The notes beneath the pieces were generated by a model that saw only the letters and a program-made list of their open reading frames with translations, did not search any database and was not told the origin of the DNA. Position numbers and translations under genes: made by a program. Below, piece after piece: positions 1 to 11,412 of a DNA stretch of 45,447 bases. The stretch lies in assembly GCF_001194135.2 (NCBI RefSeq), contig NC_068998.1:39561450-39606896 (forward strand). Reading direction: 5' to 3'. The stretch is from Octopus bimaculoides. Taxonomy: Eukaryota. How positions within the stretch are numbered: the first letter of the stretch is position 1; the number at the start of each line of letters is the position of its first letter.

Positions 1-245
1 AATTAAGTATGGTATTATCCATACAATTCCAAAATAAAGTGATTAAAATCAAAATAAGCAACAAGGATATCCAAAATTAATGCAGTACGATCGTTTCATG
101 CGATTCCATTTATTTAAGCAATGTGAACATTACATCAAATGTAAAATGCAGAGCAATCCTCAGCTGCACAAAGATAAATTTCTATATTTATCTTTCATCT
201 TTTCATCTTTTCTCCCAAAGAAATAAATGGTAAAGATTTACTTAC

Positions 246-333
246 AATGACAATGTGCATGTCAACACCATACAATTCTAGCCATTTTGCTTTGTTCAAG
301 TAAGCCAGCTCTGATTGGGCAGGAGTTAAACCA
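246..333 (-). CDS. EPB41L5: FERM-domain exon of a Yurt/EPB41L5-like gene (88 nt, phase 2 to phase 0): [29 protein letters not shown]
   Basis: cttctttcttacag|TGGTTTA...GTCATT|gtaagt. [16 protein letters not shown] is diagnostic of Yurt/EPB41L5/L4B (EPB41L4A and 4.1 proteins lack this KW..DMH form). In frame with the previous exon. The next exon lies left of the window. Confidence 0.96.
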
Positions 334-1179
334 CTGTAAGAAAGAAGAAGAGGAAAAGGTAGAGATCAAAGACAATACTGATAACCCATTAGAGTAGGAT
401 GAAATAAAGTTAGATATTAGAGAGAAGGCAGTATTTCCTCCTTGAAACAAATGACTGCTGCCAGAAGATGCAAGTTAAGTAAACATTTCATTTTTAATTC
501 ATCAGAATGGGGAGAATCAATTAGAACATACTGGTTCCACTGTCAAAGATATACAAATAAAACATCAGACATGTTAATGCTACCATATTTAATATGTTGG
601 ATAGTGAAAGAAAATTGTCCAAAAATATATGATCAGTGACTATAAGAAATAATAAAAATTGCATATTTTTCCAGCAAATACAGGAGATAACTTGGGACAT
701 GCTTCCATCTTATTCTGGCCTCATCAGGGAAAAATAGCTTTCACTAAAAAGCCAAAATAGCAATGGAAGAATAAAAAAAGTACAAAATTGTTTGCTCATT
801 GGTTGGTGAAAGAAAATAGAGTTGTTTAGAATTTCTAAGTTATTAGAAGATAAATCAAGTTAACTATATTATATTACAGCTATAACAGACAGTTAAGGGT
901 GGGCTGATACAGAGCTGGACAGGATGTCATTTGACTCCATGTAACTCCACCCAACATTAAAAGGTAGTTGTTTGTTAGCATGATTGAGATTTAGTTTCAA
1001 TGGTTTTACAGGAATAATTAAAAGACAAAGAGGAGAAGGGGGAAGAGGAATGAGAGCACACCAAAATAAACAGTTTATAGCATTTAAATTTAGTTCCCTC
1101 TTTATACATTCTCGATTGCTTAAGAAATCTTACTGGAGTTCACTCTGCTTTTCACCTCTCTAGGTCTGTAAGTTAACTT

Positions 1180-1500
1180 GCTGGCACGCCATCGATTATG
1201 ACAATGAGGGTTCCAGTTGATCCGATCGACAGAACAGCCCACTCATGAAATTAACATGCAAGTGGCTGAGCACTCCACAGATATGCGTATCTTTAACATA
1301 GTTCTCAAGAAGATTCAATGTGACACAGGATGTAACAAGGCTGGCCCTTTGAAATACAGGTACTACTTATTTTTGCCAGCTGAGTAGACTGCAGCACTGT
1401 GAAATAAAGCATCTTGCTGAAGGGCACAATGCACTGCTGGGTATCAAACTCATGACCTTACGGTTGGGAGTTGAATACCCTAACCACTAAGCCATGTGCC
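1180..1500 (-). mobile_element. tRNA-derived CORE-like SINE family D2, full length
   Basis: The reverse complement starts ggcacatggcttagtggttagggtattc... and is colinear with 32525-32852. Confidence 0.85.
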
Positions 1501-1774
1501 TTCATTGGACCAGTAAGTTAATGAACCAAGTGCTCGACATTTATTGAGGTTGATCAAACTAATCGTTTCTTACCTACGTAAATATGATCATGTGCTAATG
1601 TGAAAAATCAATAGACAATAATTGAAAGAGGGTAAGTTTTGATGAAAGGTGAAGTTGTAGAGAGTAAACAGTTGGTAGAGGTGATGTGGTGTTCAGGTGG
1701 ATGATGTAGGAAAATAGCTGTAGTAGGTAAGGGCTGAGTGTAGCATTTACAAGGCATTAAGGTGACAGTGAAAT

Positions 1775-2050
1775 GCAAGTGGTGGGCTGGAGACCAGATA
1801 TAACTTGGTCAGTTTGACAACAAGTTGTGTGTGTATGTGTGCATGTGTGTGTCTTCCATCATTGCTTGACAAACAGTGTCAGCTTGTTTATGTTCCCATA
1901 ACTTAGCAGTCTTGCAAAAAGAGATTGATAGAATAAGTAATAAGTTTAAAAAGTAAAATAAGCACTGGGGTAGACTTGTTTGACTAAAATTCTTTAAGGC
2001 AGTACCCCAGCATGGCTGCAGTCCAATGACTAAAACAAGTAAAAGATAGA
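1775..2050 (+). mobile_element. SINE family B, 3' half
   Basis: cattgcttgacaaac...gatagaataagta...ccagcatggctgcagtccaatgactaaaacaagtaaaaga. Confidence 0.8.
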
Positions 2051-2559
2051 AGGAAGATAAACTCAGAACTTCAAATATGAAGACAGAAAGCAATTAGGTT
2101 TAGAGAGAAGTGGGAGAAAAATAAAGCCATCTATACACTGTGATATATAATTGAGGATGTTAGGGGCTTTTAGCAATGACTAATTGAGATAATTAAAATA
2201 TGAGTTGATTGTTAGCCAAGATGGTAGTGGTGCAATAAGCAATTATTGGTCTCCAAATGTCAATGCATTGTTACAGCTCTTCTGAAAGATATTTTGTGGG
2301 AGAGAATACTTACCAAGTGTAGATGTTTAGACTAATTAAAGGTGCTAATTTGTGATTAGAGAGACAGAGATGAATGTCAAGTATAAAAATCTAAATTAGT
2401 GGTATATAGGTCACTTTAATAGGTTTTAGTTTTGTAGTAGCAGAAACTAAAGCACCCACTGGTCAACATAGTGACCAAATAACTATAAGGACAGCTGGAC
2501 AACAGTAACTAATCTTTCGGCACTCAAAATGCTAATGGAATTAAATATGTTTAGGTGAC

Positions 2560-2830
2560 CATCATCATCATCATCATTATCGTCATCATCATTATCGTCA
2601 TCATCATTTAGCGTCTGTTTCCCATGCTGGTATAAGCTGGACAGTTTGATTGAAACTGGTAAGCCGGAGAGCTGTATTAGGCTCCAGTCTCATTTTGGCT
2701 TGCTTTCTATGGATGGATGCCCTTCCTAATGCCAACCACTACACAAAGTGTAGAGAGTGCCTTTTATATGTCACTGGCACAGGTGCCTCTTATGTGTCAC
2801 CAGCACAAGTGTCTTTTGCATGTCACTGGC
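2560..2830 (-). mobile_element. Family A element
   Basis: Same (CAT)n-tttagcgtctgtttcccatgctgg...ggatgcccttcctaatgccaacc body. Further copies at ~7735-7955(+), 8018-8385, 9205-9445, 11655-11760, 13228-13310, 13795-13915(+), 16852-17130, 21443-21590, 21861-22070, 24135-24255(+), 26375-26540(+) and 28441-28740. Confidence 0.8.
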
Positions 2831-3042
2831 AAAAAAATGATGAAATGAACACTTTTAGATAAATGTAACTTTCTTTGAGATTTTGTCCTGCTTCTGGTAG
2901 TAATATGTCAATGAGGCCACATGTGACCTGTCAGAATAAATAACAGTGTTAGCAGTGTCTTTATGGTAGTTGATTAGTCAAGTCTGTATGTTAAAGGAAA
3001 TAAACACGAATGCTTTCAAACAGAAAACTTTAAAATTCTTAC

Positions 3043-3163
3043 CCGACATTTTGGTATTGTTTATAAATCTCTATCTCCATTTCTTCAGTTTGGTTGGGTA
3101 CAAAACGAAATTCAGATATGAAACCTGGTGAGTGGACCTCAGGGTCAAAGTCCCCAAGTTCAG
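3043..3163 (-). CDS. EPB41L5: FERM-domain exon of a Yurt/EPB41L5-like gene (121 nt, phase 1 to phase 2): (S)ELGDFDPEVHSPGFISEFRFVPNQTEEMEIEIYKQYQNV(G)
   Basis: tttttatttcag|CTGAACTT...TGTCGG|gtaaga. ELGDxD...SEFRFVPxQTEEME is the hallmark of the EPB41L5/EPB41L4B/Yurt clade. Not in the ORF track. Confidence 0.96.
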
Positions 3164-3681
3164 CTGAAATAAAAAGGGTAGAGTTTACAAATTAGAAAAC
3201 GTGTATGTGTGAGTGTGCGAAAAAGATTTCATACTGTGGCACTTGTTCCTTCTGCCAGCCAGCACAGCTCTGCATTATACAATAAAATGTGCAAATCTTT
3301 AGCAGGGCTCAAGAGTCATATAAAGGCCACACATTGCATTATCATTTCAATGGTTCTTTCTGGCTATGGCTTTGCTCGTATGCAAGAAAGCAGCCACTAT
3401 ATNNNNNNNNNNNNNNNNNNNNNNNNNNNNNNNNNNNNNNNNNNNNNNACATATGAGAGAAAGAGAAAAAAAATGGAGTTCACAAGATTTGATTGTTTTG
3501 TGAATTCCATTTCTTTCTCTTTCTCTCATATATTATAAACTCAACAGACATGAAGGAATTCCTGAAGTAAATCCAGTGGTATTTATATTTACACTGTTGA
3601 TGTCACCAGGTAGACAAATGCAGTGAACAGGCTTTAAACAACTTACTACACGGTGTATACTCAAAAGGTAAATAACATATA

Positions 3682-4062
3682 TGCAGGTGTGGCAGTGTGG
3701 TTAAGGAGCAGGCTTCTCGACTGTGTGATTTTTGGTTCAGTCTCAAAGTACAGTACCTTGGGCAAGTGTTTTCTGCTATAGCCTCAGGCTAGTCAAGGCC
3801 CTGTGAGGTGGATTTGATAGATGGAAACTGAAAGAAGCCTGTTGTATGTGTGTGTGTCTTTGTGTTTGTCCCCCACCATTGCTTGATGTGTTGGTTTGTT
3901 TATAGGTCTATAACTTAGAGGTTCAGCAAAAGAGACTAACAGAATAAGTATCAGGTTTAAAAACGAGTACTGGGGACAATTTGTTTGACTAAACACTTTA
4001 AGGTTGTGCTCCAGCATGGGCGCAGTCCAAATACTGAAACAAGTAAATGATAAAAGACAGAC
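3682..4062 (+). mobile_element. SINE family B, diverged copy
   Basis: Colinear with 12182-12604 (gtggcagtgtggttaag...ggcaagtgttttctgctatagcc...gactaaac...gaaacaagtaaa). Confidence 0.85.
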
Positions 4063-4562
4063 AGACACACACGCACAAAAAACCATTGGGTGTGCTTCTG
4101 TTCACAGTTTATTCCTGAACTTGCACTGCAAAGGCTTTTTAAAAAACTATTACACTATTCTATTACGTTTTAGAAGCAAGATAATTGATGTAACATTTAT
4201 AATACTTAATAAAAACTCTTACAGACTGTACAACTCTCATATTTCACTAAACATAGCAATCGTTAAAAAGAAACATACTGTCTTTCTTTGTTATGTGCTG
4301 TTATAAAGAGCAGACACCACACTTAAAACGAACAACTGATAGAGATGGAAAAGGTTATGAAATATAGTCAGTACGGCTTAAATCAGTGGTTTAGAAATGG
4401 TATACTGCAGATACACTGGTGCACTACTGTAGGGGTTCTTATAGGGGTTCTTTATCTCTTATCTATATACCTACAGTCTAGAAAGTTTGGGTATGAATAT
4501 ACAGGGTTGGTGGTGGAGGAGACACAAAACTTTGTTTTCTTCACTGTTGTTGTGAATGAATG

Positions 4563-4592
4563 GAAGAAGAAGAAGAAGAAGAAGAAGAAGAA
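4563..4592 (+). repeat. (GAA)n microsatellite
   Basis: Directly read. Confidence 0.95.
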
Positions 4593-5365
4593 GAATGCAG
4601 AGGAGGAGAATAGAAGGCAGAAGAAGCAGTGAGCAAAAAAAGAGAGAGGAAAAAGGATAAAAGAGAGAAGCAATATGATAATAGGGAAAAAGAATAAAAA
4701 TGCTGTTAAAGAAGAAAATATTCTTTTCTGTGGCTGCCAAAATAACTGCAGGTTCCATCTCAAGTGGAATCATTGATTCCTTGGCACCAGGAGTAATTTG
4801 ATCAAATTTTATGAATGGGCGTGGCAGTGACATTTCCAATCTACAGCAGTGTTAAAGCAACTATGGGGTGTGATGTAATCTGTCAGTAGTTTTATGGTTG
4901 AAAATAACTCTATTGTAGTTACTGTAGTTCAGGTAAACCTTTGGTAGTGGTGGTGGTAGTGTTAAGATAACTTATGCAATCTATCATCCTACATTGTAGT
5001 AATAAACCTTAGGTAGTGCTGTAGTAAAGGAACTGTTAGTTAAGGTGACGTTTTAAGAGAGAAGTGGCAGTACCACTATAACAGGGACTGTTAGCTGAAG
5101 TACCAGTGTAAGAGAGAGGCTAACTGTTGAGGTAACACTATGAGTTGGGTTAACACTGCAATAAGAAGACTGGTAGTTGAATTTACATTATAATAGAGAA
5201 ACTGTTAGTTAAGGTAACATTAAGAGAGTGGTTGGCAGTTGACGTAACATTACAACAGAAAGACTGAGTTAACATTACGATAAAGAGATTGGGAGTTGAA
5301 GTAATACTCTATTACAAAGTGTGAGCTTCTCTTCACATGAATGAGTTTCAAGATTGCTTTCATGG

Positions 5366-5544
5366 CATCATCATCATCATCTAACATCTGCTTTCCATGC
5401 TAGCATGGGTTGGACGATTTGACTGAGGACTGGTGAACCAGATGGCTACACCAGGCTCCAATCTGATTTGGCAGAGTTTCTACAGCCGGATGCCCTTCCT
5501 AACACCAACCACTCCAAGAGTGTAGTGGGTGCTTTTATGTGCCA
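5366..5544 (-). mobile_element. Family A (ATG)n-tailed SINE-like element, young copy
   Basis: (CAT)n-ctaacatctgctttccatgctagcatgggttggacg...ggatgcccttcctaac; near-identical in reverse complement to ~30310-30467. Confidence 0.85.
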
Positions 5545-6031
5545 TGTATATACTATTTCATGAGGACTCAAAATATCTCAAAGCATGAGTACAAGACCAA
5601 AGAGAAAACTTATGGACACAGTCCACCCAGCTCTATGATTGTTGTTCACACAGGGTGGGCTTTGCTGGCAACTGTTATAGAGCTGAACACCAAATCATAT
5701 CAAATGCTATATTTTGGAGACTTCTGCATCCTGATAGAGGACAAAGTAACTCAATTACATTGACAGCATTGTCAAAAACACACAACATAAAACTGAGGAT
5801 CTACAGAAGTTAAATTGGAGATGGAAATACTCTGTGTAGCATTGTGAGCATTGTCTGCAGTTGCTTAAAGGACAATAGAGAGACCTGAGATAACACTATA
5901 ACAGAGAGACTTATCTGTGGTAACATTATAATAGAGAGACTCATCTCTATAATAAAGTGACAGGTAGTTCAGGAAACAGCCCCTAAGAAAGTCTGTTAGC
6001 TAAGGTAACAGCTCAAAAGAAAGACTGTTAA

Positions 6032-6254
6032 CCCTTTAGCATTTGAACTGACCATATCTGGTCCAAATATTCTACTTGTCTTATGTTGTTGAAACTGGCC
6101 ACATCCAGCCTCTCACACCTACCCAGCAATGTCGTTCTAAAAATAAACTGTTGCTTCTTCAAAATCCTGAAGCTACAAGATAATGGTTGATTAATTCAAA
6201 ACAATACGAATAAATAAGCATTATGCTCGACAGAGTAATTTGAATGTTAAAGGA
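6032..6254 (+). mobile_element. piggyBac-type MITE family E
   Basis: TTAA|CCCTTTAGCATT...AATGTTAAAGGA|TTAA: TTAA target duplication and ~12-bp TIRs, with no coding capacity. Confidence 0.8.
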
Positions 6255-6919
6255 TTAACTGAGTTAACAGCTCAAAAGTAAAACTGTTACCTAAGATAAA
6301 ACCTAAAAGAAGACTATACGAAATAAAAGACTAACAGAAAATCCAGTAGTCGATTTATAAGTGAAATAACATAACAATAATACATTTCATCTAGAAAACA
6401 ACTAAACATTTTAAAGATGAGGTAATTAATGATCAGGTGTTAAGCTTCACCATATTGAAAAATACTTTTTTTTGCTCTTTTCAATAAAACTCAATAAGAA
6501 AATATATATTAAAGAATAAACAAATATTCCATGAAATGAAAGAAAACATTGCAAAAGAAAATTGTATGAAATGGTAGAAAGTTGGTAGAAAGTTACATAA
6601 ATCAGAGGTAAAGTGGTGAAGTGGAACATATATTGGCTTACAAATTCAAGGATGAAGGTTTCAAATCCCGTCATTTGGTTGTATATTTGGGCAATAACTA
6701 ATTCGACAAAGATTTGTGAGAAAATAAATATCAGGTCTTGTGTGAATGTCACTGTCATTCATGATAAATGGACTTCTTATCCAGGGGTTGATTTACCTCA
6801 TTTCTGCTAATGTTATGAAACCAGAGCTAAATTAGTTACATGTCTTTGATGAATGGTATTTTTTTTTACTCTCCTTAACTACACCTACCAAAAGAAAAAA
6901 AAAAAAGAATAGCAGCTGC

Positions 6920-6975
<56 letters not shown>
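6920..6975 (+). repeat. (TAG)n microsatellite
   Basis: Directly read. Confidence 0.95.
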
Positions 6976-7098
6976 AATTGGTGGTAGTGGTAGCAGTAGT
7001 AGAGGTGGTGGCAGTGGTGTAAGTCCACTTCATCAAAATATAGCACCAATAAGACACCATTCGTGTCCTTTCCAAGAAACAACCCATTTAACATAATA

Positions 7099-7360
7099 CA
7101 AGGGTGCGTTTAAAACTTCATAGGCTAACTGTGAAGGAGTGACACTAGAACTTCGAAAATTTTGCAGGCATTAATTTCATCTCATCTTATTAATAACTGC
7201 ATTGTTTCTTTCCAGGTAAATCTACATCTGACTGTTCAAAGAACACTTTGAAAGTAACTAGTAGTGATTTCTCTTGAAAATGAACAAAATTTAGCATCGT
7301 GGTGTTATCAAATACTTGCAGAAAAGGGTTAGCTCTGAAGAACATTCTTGCTGACATGGA
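7099..7360 (+). mobile_element. Mariner 5' fragment (second family)
   Basis: TA|CAAGGGTGCGTTTAAAACTTCATAG terminus. Decayed N-terminus MNKI*HRGVIKYLQK...KNILADM. It is truncated by a SINE head at ~7360. Confidence 0.7.
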
Positions 7361-7471
7361 GCAACGTGAAATAAAGTGTCTTGCTCAAGAACACAACACA
7401 CAACCCAGTCCAGGAGTCAAACTCATTACCAGGTGATTGTGAGCCTGGCACATACTGAGCCACATACCTTC

Positions 7472-7672
7472 TGTCAATGTAATGCTTATCTATTCATATA
7501 GTTTTTAATTAATCATGCATCATTATTTAGTTTTGAGACATTGATGATATGATTGTTTATTTTCAGAATGGCATTGTATGATAGATGTGAGAGGCCAGAT
7601 CAGGTTGGCTCAAAGATAAAACTGGTAGAATATTTGGGCTGCATATGGCTGGCTTAAATGCTAAAATCTTAA
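7472..7672 (-). mobile_element. piggyBac-type MITE family E, inverted copy
   Basis: Reverse-complement similarity to 6032-6254 (e.g. gatgtgagaggccagatc, ggtagaatatttgg, ttaaatgctaaa). Confidence 0.75.
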
Positions 7673-9046
7673 GTGACCACCTTCTTCATTAAGTTGGTTT
7701 CAAGGATATGACAACTTGTCTAGTGCTAATGCACCCAGTGATAAAATTCACCCAGTACACTCTGTATGGTGGTTGGTGTTTGGTAGGGCATCAAGCCATA
7801 GAAACCATACCAAAAATGAAATAGACAAGCAATGAATGATCCCCCAACAATACTTAGGAGAGCAGTAATTTGAATAGGAACTCACTCAAACCATAATAAT
7901 CCGTGTAACCAATACTAGCATAGAAAATGGACGTAAAATTATGATAATAATAGTAATGAAGAACTCTTCAAAATGTGAGATCTTCTATTGTAAAATCAGA
8001 GATGGGTGATCTCAGGTATCATCCTCATCATCATTTAATGCCCGTTTTCCATACTGGCATGGGTTGGATGGCTTGATAGGAGCTGGCAAGGCCAGGGGGC
8101 CACACCAGGTTCCATAGTTTGTTTTGGCTTGGTTTCTACAGCTGGATGCCCTTCCTAGTGCCAACCACTTTACGAAGTGTACTGGGTGTTTTTTTACATA
8201 ACACCATCACCAGTACTTTTTCATATAGTACCATCACCAGTACTTTTTACGTGGTACCATTACCAATGCTTTTTCACCACTGCCAGTGCCGTTTTTACAT
8301 GACACCAATACTAGTTCTTTTGTATGAGACACTAGCACCAGGGCTTTTTTATGTAGCACTAGCACTTTTTACATGGCACTGCAGGTTTAGATATGTTGTT
8401 ATGAAAAGGGTTAACAAAATATCTAAAAGGTATGAAGAAAAACAAAAATGACTAAACAATAATTCTTGCAAAAAGTTAAAAAAATAAATATGAAATAAAG
8501 TCAAAAAGAATTTAGTTTCTAAAGCTTTCTGGCATAAACAAATTTGGTACATCTGTTGAAGTTTGAACTAACATTAGCAAATGGCAAAATTTATTTATCA
8601 ATAATTGCATGGCGGCTGCAGTGTTATATGGTGGATATAGAGTGTTCTAGAAGTTATGTCTGATACTAACAGCTGTACAGCGTGTTTAGACAAACAAAGA
8701 TACAAGAGGGTTTTATAAACCATCCAAGGGCAATGGTGGGTGGAGGTGTGAGTGTCGGGAGGCTGGGGAAATGGGAGACAGGTGACGGCGCTAATGTGGT
8801 GGTGCCTGCGAGACAAATAGAAGAATCGGCACGACGACTCCCAAGAAGTAAATTACAGTTGATTTGTTGTCTGCATACCCATGTTTTGCAACGAGGTGTT
8901 TATCAGAGAAAGTAGATAAGGTGGGGTGGGGTGGGGTTGTGGGAGGGTGGGGGGATCTGCTTAAGGGCTGTGTGCATGTGTGTACATACATCTGTGTGTA
9001 TATGTATGTAGATATATATTGTATGTGATTTTATATATATATGTAC

Positions 9047-9079
<33 letters not shown>

Positions 9080-9646
9080 TACATATGTATCTGTTTGTGT
9101 ATGTATGTATACACACACATACGTGTGCATATGTATGTGTATATATACATATATATACATAAACACACACACACACACACACACACATATGTGTGTGTGA
9201 GAGAGATCATCATCATTGTTTAATGTCTGCTTTCCATGTTTGCATGGGCTGGATGGTTTGACTGGTTAGCTAGGAGGCTGCATCAGGCCCCAATCTGATT
9301 TGGTAAGGTTTCTACAGCCTGATGCCCTTCCTAATGCCAACCACTCTGAGAGTGCAGTGAGTGCTTTTTACATGCCACCGGCGCAGGTGCCAGTCAGGCG
9401 GCACTGGCATCAGCTTCAATGGTGCTTTTTATGTGTCACCAGCACATATATATTTTAAGAAGTACTCAAGTACTGGCAGGAGGGAATGCAAATGGACTTT
9501 CAAGTTCTGTGCACTAAAATAAGATTTTATATATATGCACAAATACACACACACGCAAAGAGTGAGTGGACAAACAAAAGAATGTGACACTCAGCACATT
9601 TGGTAAGAGTTACATATATTATTTAGTAACAGTCAGACTCAGCTCT

Positions 9647-9699
9647 ATGCAACTTAAAAGTTTCATAGGCTTGTAGAATGAGCCTAACTCATCAGGCGT
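9647..9699 (-). ncRNA. Degenerate type-I hammerhead ribozyme motif
   Basis: The minus strand reads ACGC-CTGATGA-GT-TAGGCT-cattctaca-AGCCTA-T-GAAA-CTT-tt-AAG-T-T-GCAT. This gives the exact CUGAUGA and GAAA cores, a 6-bp stem II, a 4-bp stem III, a GUU triplet and a partial stem I. Confidence 0.6.
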
Positions 9700-9895
9700 C
9701 TAGACATCTAGATGCCTGACTATCATAAATTAATGTTACGACTATTATAGCATTATTGCCACCACCAACAGTATTATCATCAACACCACTAACATTATCA
9801 CATTCAACAAAGAACATTATTATGAAAAGTACTAATATCACCATTAACAACATTATCACCATTTACGCCACGAATATCATCACGGCCACCAAAAA

Positions 9896-10112
9896 AGGCA
9901 GTGAGCAAGCAGAATCATTAGCAAGCCAGGCAAAATGCTTAGCAACATTTCATCTGTCTTAAAGTTCTGAGTTCAAATTCTACCAAGGTTGACTTTGCCT
10001 TTAATTTTTTCAGGGTCAATAAAATAAGTACCTGTTGAGCACAGGCGTTGATGTAATTGACTAGCAACATCCCCAGAATTTCAGGCCTTGTAACTATAGT
10101 AGAAAGAATTAC
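9896..10112 (+). mobile_element. SINE family C
   Basis: ggcagtgagc...gagttcaaattctaccaaggttgactttgccttt...aaataagtacc, ending in an att/aat-type tail. Confidence 0.8.
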
Positions 10113-10430
10113 TACCACCAATGATTATTATAACCATCAACACCACTAATGCTATCACCACCAACAACGATGGCATTACCATCAATAACATTAACTTTAT
10201 CTTCACCACCAACACAACTACCATCTTCCTTATAAAACAAACAAAACAGTTCAGCAATGTTTATAGAGACAACACCAGGGTCAAAGCAATTATATCAACA
10301 ACATACTGTTTAGGGATCACATATTTGTGTGACACACATAAAACAGAAGTCCCTAAGGGAGTCACTGTACAACCAGAACAGTCAATAGGAAAAAGGAAAA
10401 AATAAAAAAAGAGGAACAATTTCCAAACAC

Positions 10431-10432
<2 letters not shown>

Positions 10433-10498
<66 letters not shown>

Positions 10499-10510
10499 GT
10501 ATATATATAT
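10433..10510 (+). repeat. (GT)n(AT)n compound microsatellite
   Basis: Directly read; lies about 45 bp before the gap 10557-11380. Confidence 0.95.
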
Positions 10511-10556
10511 AAAAGCATACCTAACATCATTTCGAGTTATGTCTTTTTCCACTTAA

Positions 10557-11380
10557 NNNNNNNNNNNNNNNNNNNNNNNNNNNNNNNNNNNNNNNNNNNN
10601 NNNNNNNNNNNNNNNNNNNNNNNNNNNNNNNNNNNNNNNNNNNNNNNNNNNNNNNNNNNNNNNNNNNNNNNNNNNNNNNNNNNNNNNNNNNNNNNNNNNN
10701 NNNNNNNNNNNNNNNNNNNNNNNNNNNNNNNNNNNNNNNNNNNNNNNNNNNNNNNNNNNNNNNNNNNNNNNNNNNNNNNNNNNNNNNNNNNNNNNNNNNN
10801 NNNNNNNNNNNNNNNNNNNNNNNNNNNNNNNNNNNNNNNNNNNNNNNNNNNNNNNNNNNNNNNNNNNNNNNNNNNNNNNNNNNNNNNNNNNNNNNNNNNN
10901 NNNNNNNNNNNNNNNNNNNNNNNNNNNNNNNNNNNNNNNNNNNNNNNNNNNNNNNNNNNNNNNNNNNNNNNNNNNNNNNNNNNNNNNNNNNNNNNNNNNN
11001 NNNNNNNNNNNNNNNNNNNNNNNNNNNNNNNNNNNNNNNNNNNNNNNNNNNNNNNNNNNNNNNNNNNNNNNNNNNNNNNNNNNNNNNNNNNNNNNNNNNN
11101 NNNNNNNNNNNNNNNNNNNNNNNNNNNNNNNNNNNNNNNNNNNNNNNNNNNNNNNNNNNNNNNNNNNNNNNNNNNNNNNNNNNNNNNNNNNNNNNNNNNN
11201 NNNNNNNNNNNNNNNNNNNNNNNNNNNNNNNNNNNNNNNNNNNNNNNNNNNNNNNNNNNNNNNNNNNNNNNNNNNNNNNNNNNNNNNNNNNNNNNNNNNN
11301 NNNNNNNNNNNNNNNNNNNNNNNNNNNNNNNNNNNNNNNNNNNNNNNNNNNNNNNNNNNNNNNNNNNNNNNNNNNNNNNN
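10557..11380. other. Largest assembly gap (others: 3403-3448, 12886-12895, 22280-22581, 23747-23791, 27209-27537, 40316-40492, 44603-44795)
   Basis: Runs of N. Confidence 1.

Positions 11381-11412
<32 letters not shown>

Larger units (their letters stand above)
4850..6330. repeat. Degenerate ~30-bp minisatellite array interrupted by a family A SINE and a MITE
   Basis: Recurrent units like ataagagagactgttagttaaggtaacact at ~5020-5320, 5875-6030 and 6260-6330. Confidence 0.65.

Noticed and set aside
470-525. Minus-strand CTGATGA...GAAA (similar CTGANGA hits near 720, 30477, 39020, 40753)
   Set aside because: Helices I-III cannot be formed or GAAA is missing, so these are not hammerheads.
4345-4839. 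ORFs with poly-K, poly-F or poly-L tracts
   Set aside because: They come from the (GAA)n tract; no recognisable domain.
7205-7220. Plus-strand acceptor-like tttctttccag
   Set aside because: It lies within the mariner 5' region, and no plus-strand gene was found.
8903-9223. Multiple ORFs rich in C/V/Y/I/H/T (also at 10433-11503, 28940-29171, 31115-31506, 37664-38186, 41856-42665)
   Set aside because: They are translations of (CA/TG/TA)n microsatellites or run through N gaps; there are no splice signals or homology.
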